Positions 63,294 through 64,000 of a stretch of 64,000 bases of DNA are shown piece after piece. How positions within the stretch are numbered: the first letter of the stretch is position 1; every line of letters starts with the position of its first letter. The notes below the pieces were generated by a model. The model was not told the origin of the DNA. It searched no databases and saw nothing but the letters and a program-made list of their open reading frames with translations. The position numbers and the translations under genes are program-made. The DNA comes from Chlorobiota bacterium. Its GTDB lineage: Bacteria; Bacteroidota; Bacteroidia; Bacteroidales; F082. The stretch spans positions 571 to 64,570 of the forward strand of contig JAADIS010000129.1 of NCBI GenBank assembly GCA_013151215.1, in the 5' to 3' direction.

Positions 63294-64000
63294 TTATTTC
63301 AATCCCAGAACTTCCGGTCCCTGTATGAAATAAATATCAACAGGGATACCCGCATCGTTCACCCTGTCGAGGTCGGCCTGAAGTTGTGGTTTTATCACCC
63401 CGTCTTTTTCGATCCATGCCTTGGCTGCCTCGTAATCGCCATCTCCCTGGAGTTTTAAAATTTTCTCAGTTAGTTGAGCCGAAGCCTCTTTCATTTTTCC
63501 CATATCAGTGGTATATGTGCCATCATCATTTCTGACAAAAGCTCCTTTTTCGAGAAAATAATTAAACCTTAGCATATTGGCCATACCGTGGGCACTGCTT
63601 GCCCCGAAACGGACAGAACGGAAAATACCGGCCATGAAAGTAACATAATTGTCCATCATATTTGTTTCGGTAAACTCGCCCATTTCATTGAGCTTGGTAA
63701 TCAGGAACAAACCAAGAATATCGGCCTTGCCCTCTTCAATGGAAGAATATTTTTCCTTTAGGGCCTTGCGTGCCGGGCCTTTACCGTTAATAGTGTTTTT
63801 TATTCCCATGCCGTGGGCAACCTCGTGGAACATAGTGTTTGAGAAAAATGCGTCGAAAGTAATGTATTGACGTTGGTCGGGGGCTATTAAAATATCTGCA
63901 ATGGGGACAAGGATTTTATCGAATTTGGCCCTCATGGCATTTTTAAGCTGTAGTTTGCGTGTACCTTTTTGGAGCTGGACCCTCTCGTCATTGGGCAAAT
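63294..64000 (-). CDS. Zn-metallopeptidase of the DPP III-like (M49-related) family, C-terminal part (5' end outside the window)
   Basis: The frame is open to the window edge. It has MFHEVAHGMG (HExxH) followed by SSIEEGKADILG (EExKAD), the motif pair seen in bacterial dipeptidyl-peptidase-3-family proteins. Confidence 0.68.
   Translation of the reverse strand, partial: LPNDERVQLQKGTRKLQLKNAMRAKFDKILVPIADILIAPDQRQYITFDAFFSNTMFHEVAHGMGIKNTINGKGPARKALKEKYSSIEEGKADILGLFLITKLNEMGEFTETNMMDNYVTFMAGIFRSVRFGASSAHGMANMLRFNYFLEKGAFVRNDDGTYTTDMGKMKEASAQLTEKILKLQGDGDYEAAKAWIEKDGVIKPQLQADLDRVNDAGIPVDIYFIQGPEVLGLK

Noticed and set aside
1-64000. Scan for tRNA, rRNA, tmRNA, RNase P or SRP RNA and for intact IS elements, integrases or reverse transcriptases.
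   Set aside because: I found no T-loop (GGTTCGAATCC-like) or other hallmark sequences in the intergenic regions. No ORF carries transposase, integrase, RT or Cas motifs apart from the decayed DUF772 fragment. This was done by eye only, so tRNAscan-SE and Infernal should confirm.

Overview
The window looks like a chromosomal segment of a Bacteroidota-type genome. Three things point that way: TAnnTTTG -7 promoter boxes, many 'YPNP...' T9SS C-terminal sorting domains, and purH-mreBCD synteny. I call about 53 protein-coding genes, with no rRNA, tRNA, CRISPR array or intact mobile element. All protein calls come from reading motifs by eye, since no BLAST/HMM search was possible.

Housekeeping genes recognised: udk, recJ, purH, mreB/C/D, mgsA, lysS, creD, rnhA, lutB-like, rpiB, nadA, tpx, hemW and gcvP.

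The accessory content is dominated by secreted or surface proteins:
- Six predicted T9SS cargo proteins, three of them with BNR/Asp-box propellers.
- A 10x WG-repeat protein.
- A 7-blade FG-GAP protein.
- An OprP-like porin next to an EEP-family phosphoesterase.
- A bacterial GH3 homologue.

Candidates most worth a second look, in order:
1. A tight ECF-sigma operon (42.6-48.5 kb). It encodes a membrane-anchored protein ending in an OM beta-barrel, then one type-B and one type-A T9SS cargo protein.
2. Two tandem paralogous genes of unknown function, each with its own promoter box. The distal one is translationally coupled to hemW (58.8-60.1 kb).
3. A 566-bp AT-rich gap between divergent rpiB and nadA holding a cluster of TTATCAACA (DnaA-box-like) motifs.
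4. A gene-decay scar (2.7-3.7 kb), and an AT-rich single-gene islet carrying an AAA/DUF4143-type ATPase with duplicated promoter repeats.

I did not find a compelling, clearly novel multi-gene system such as a defence system, retroelement or CRISPR-like locus. The interest scores reflect that.
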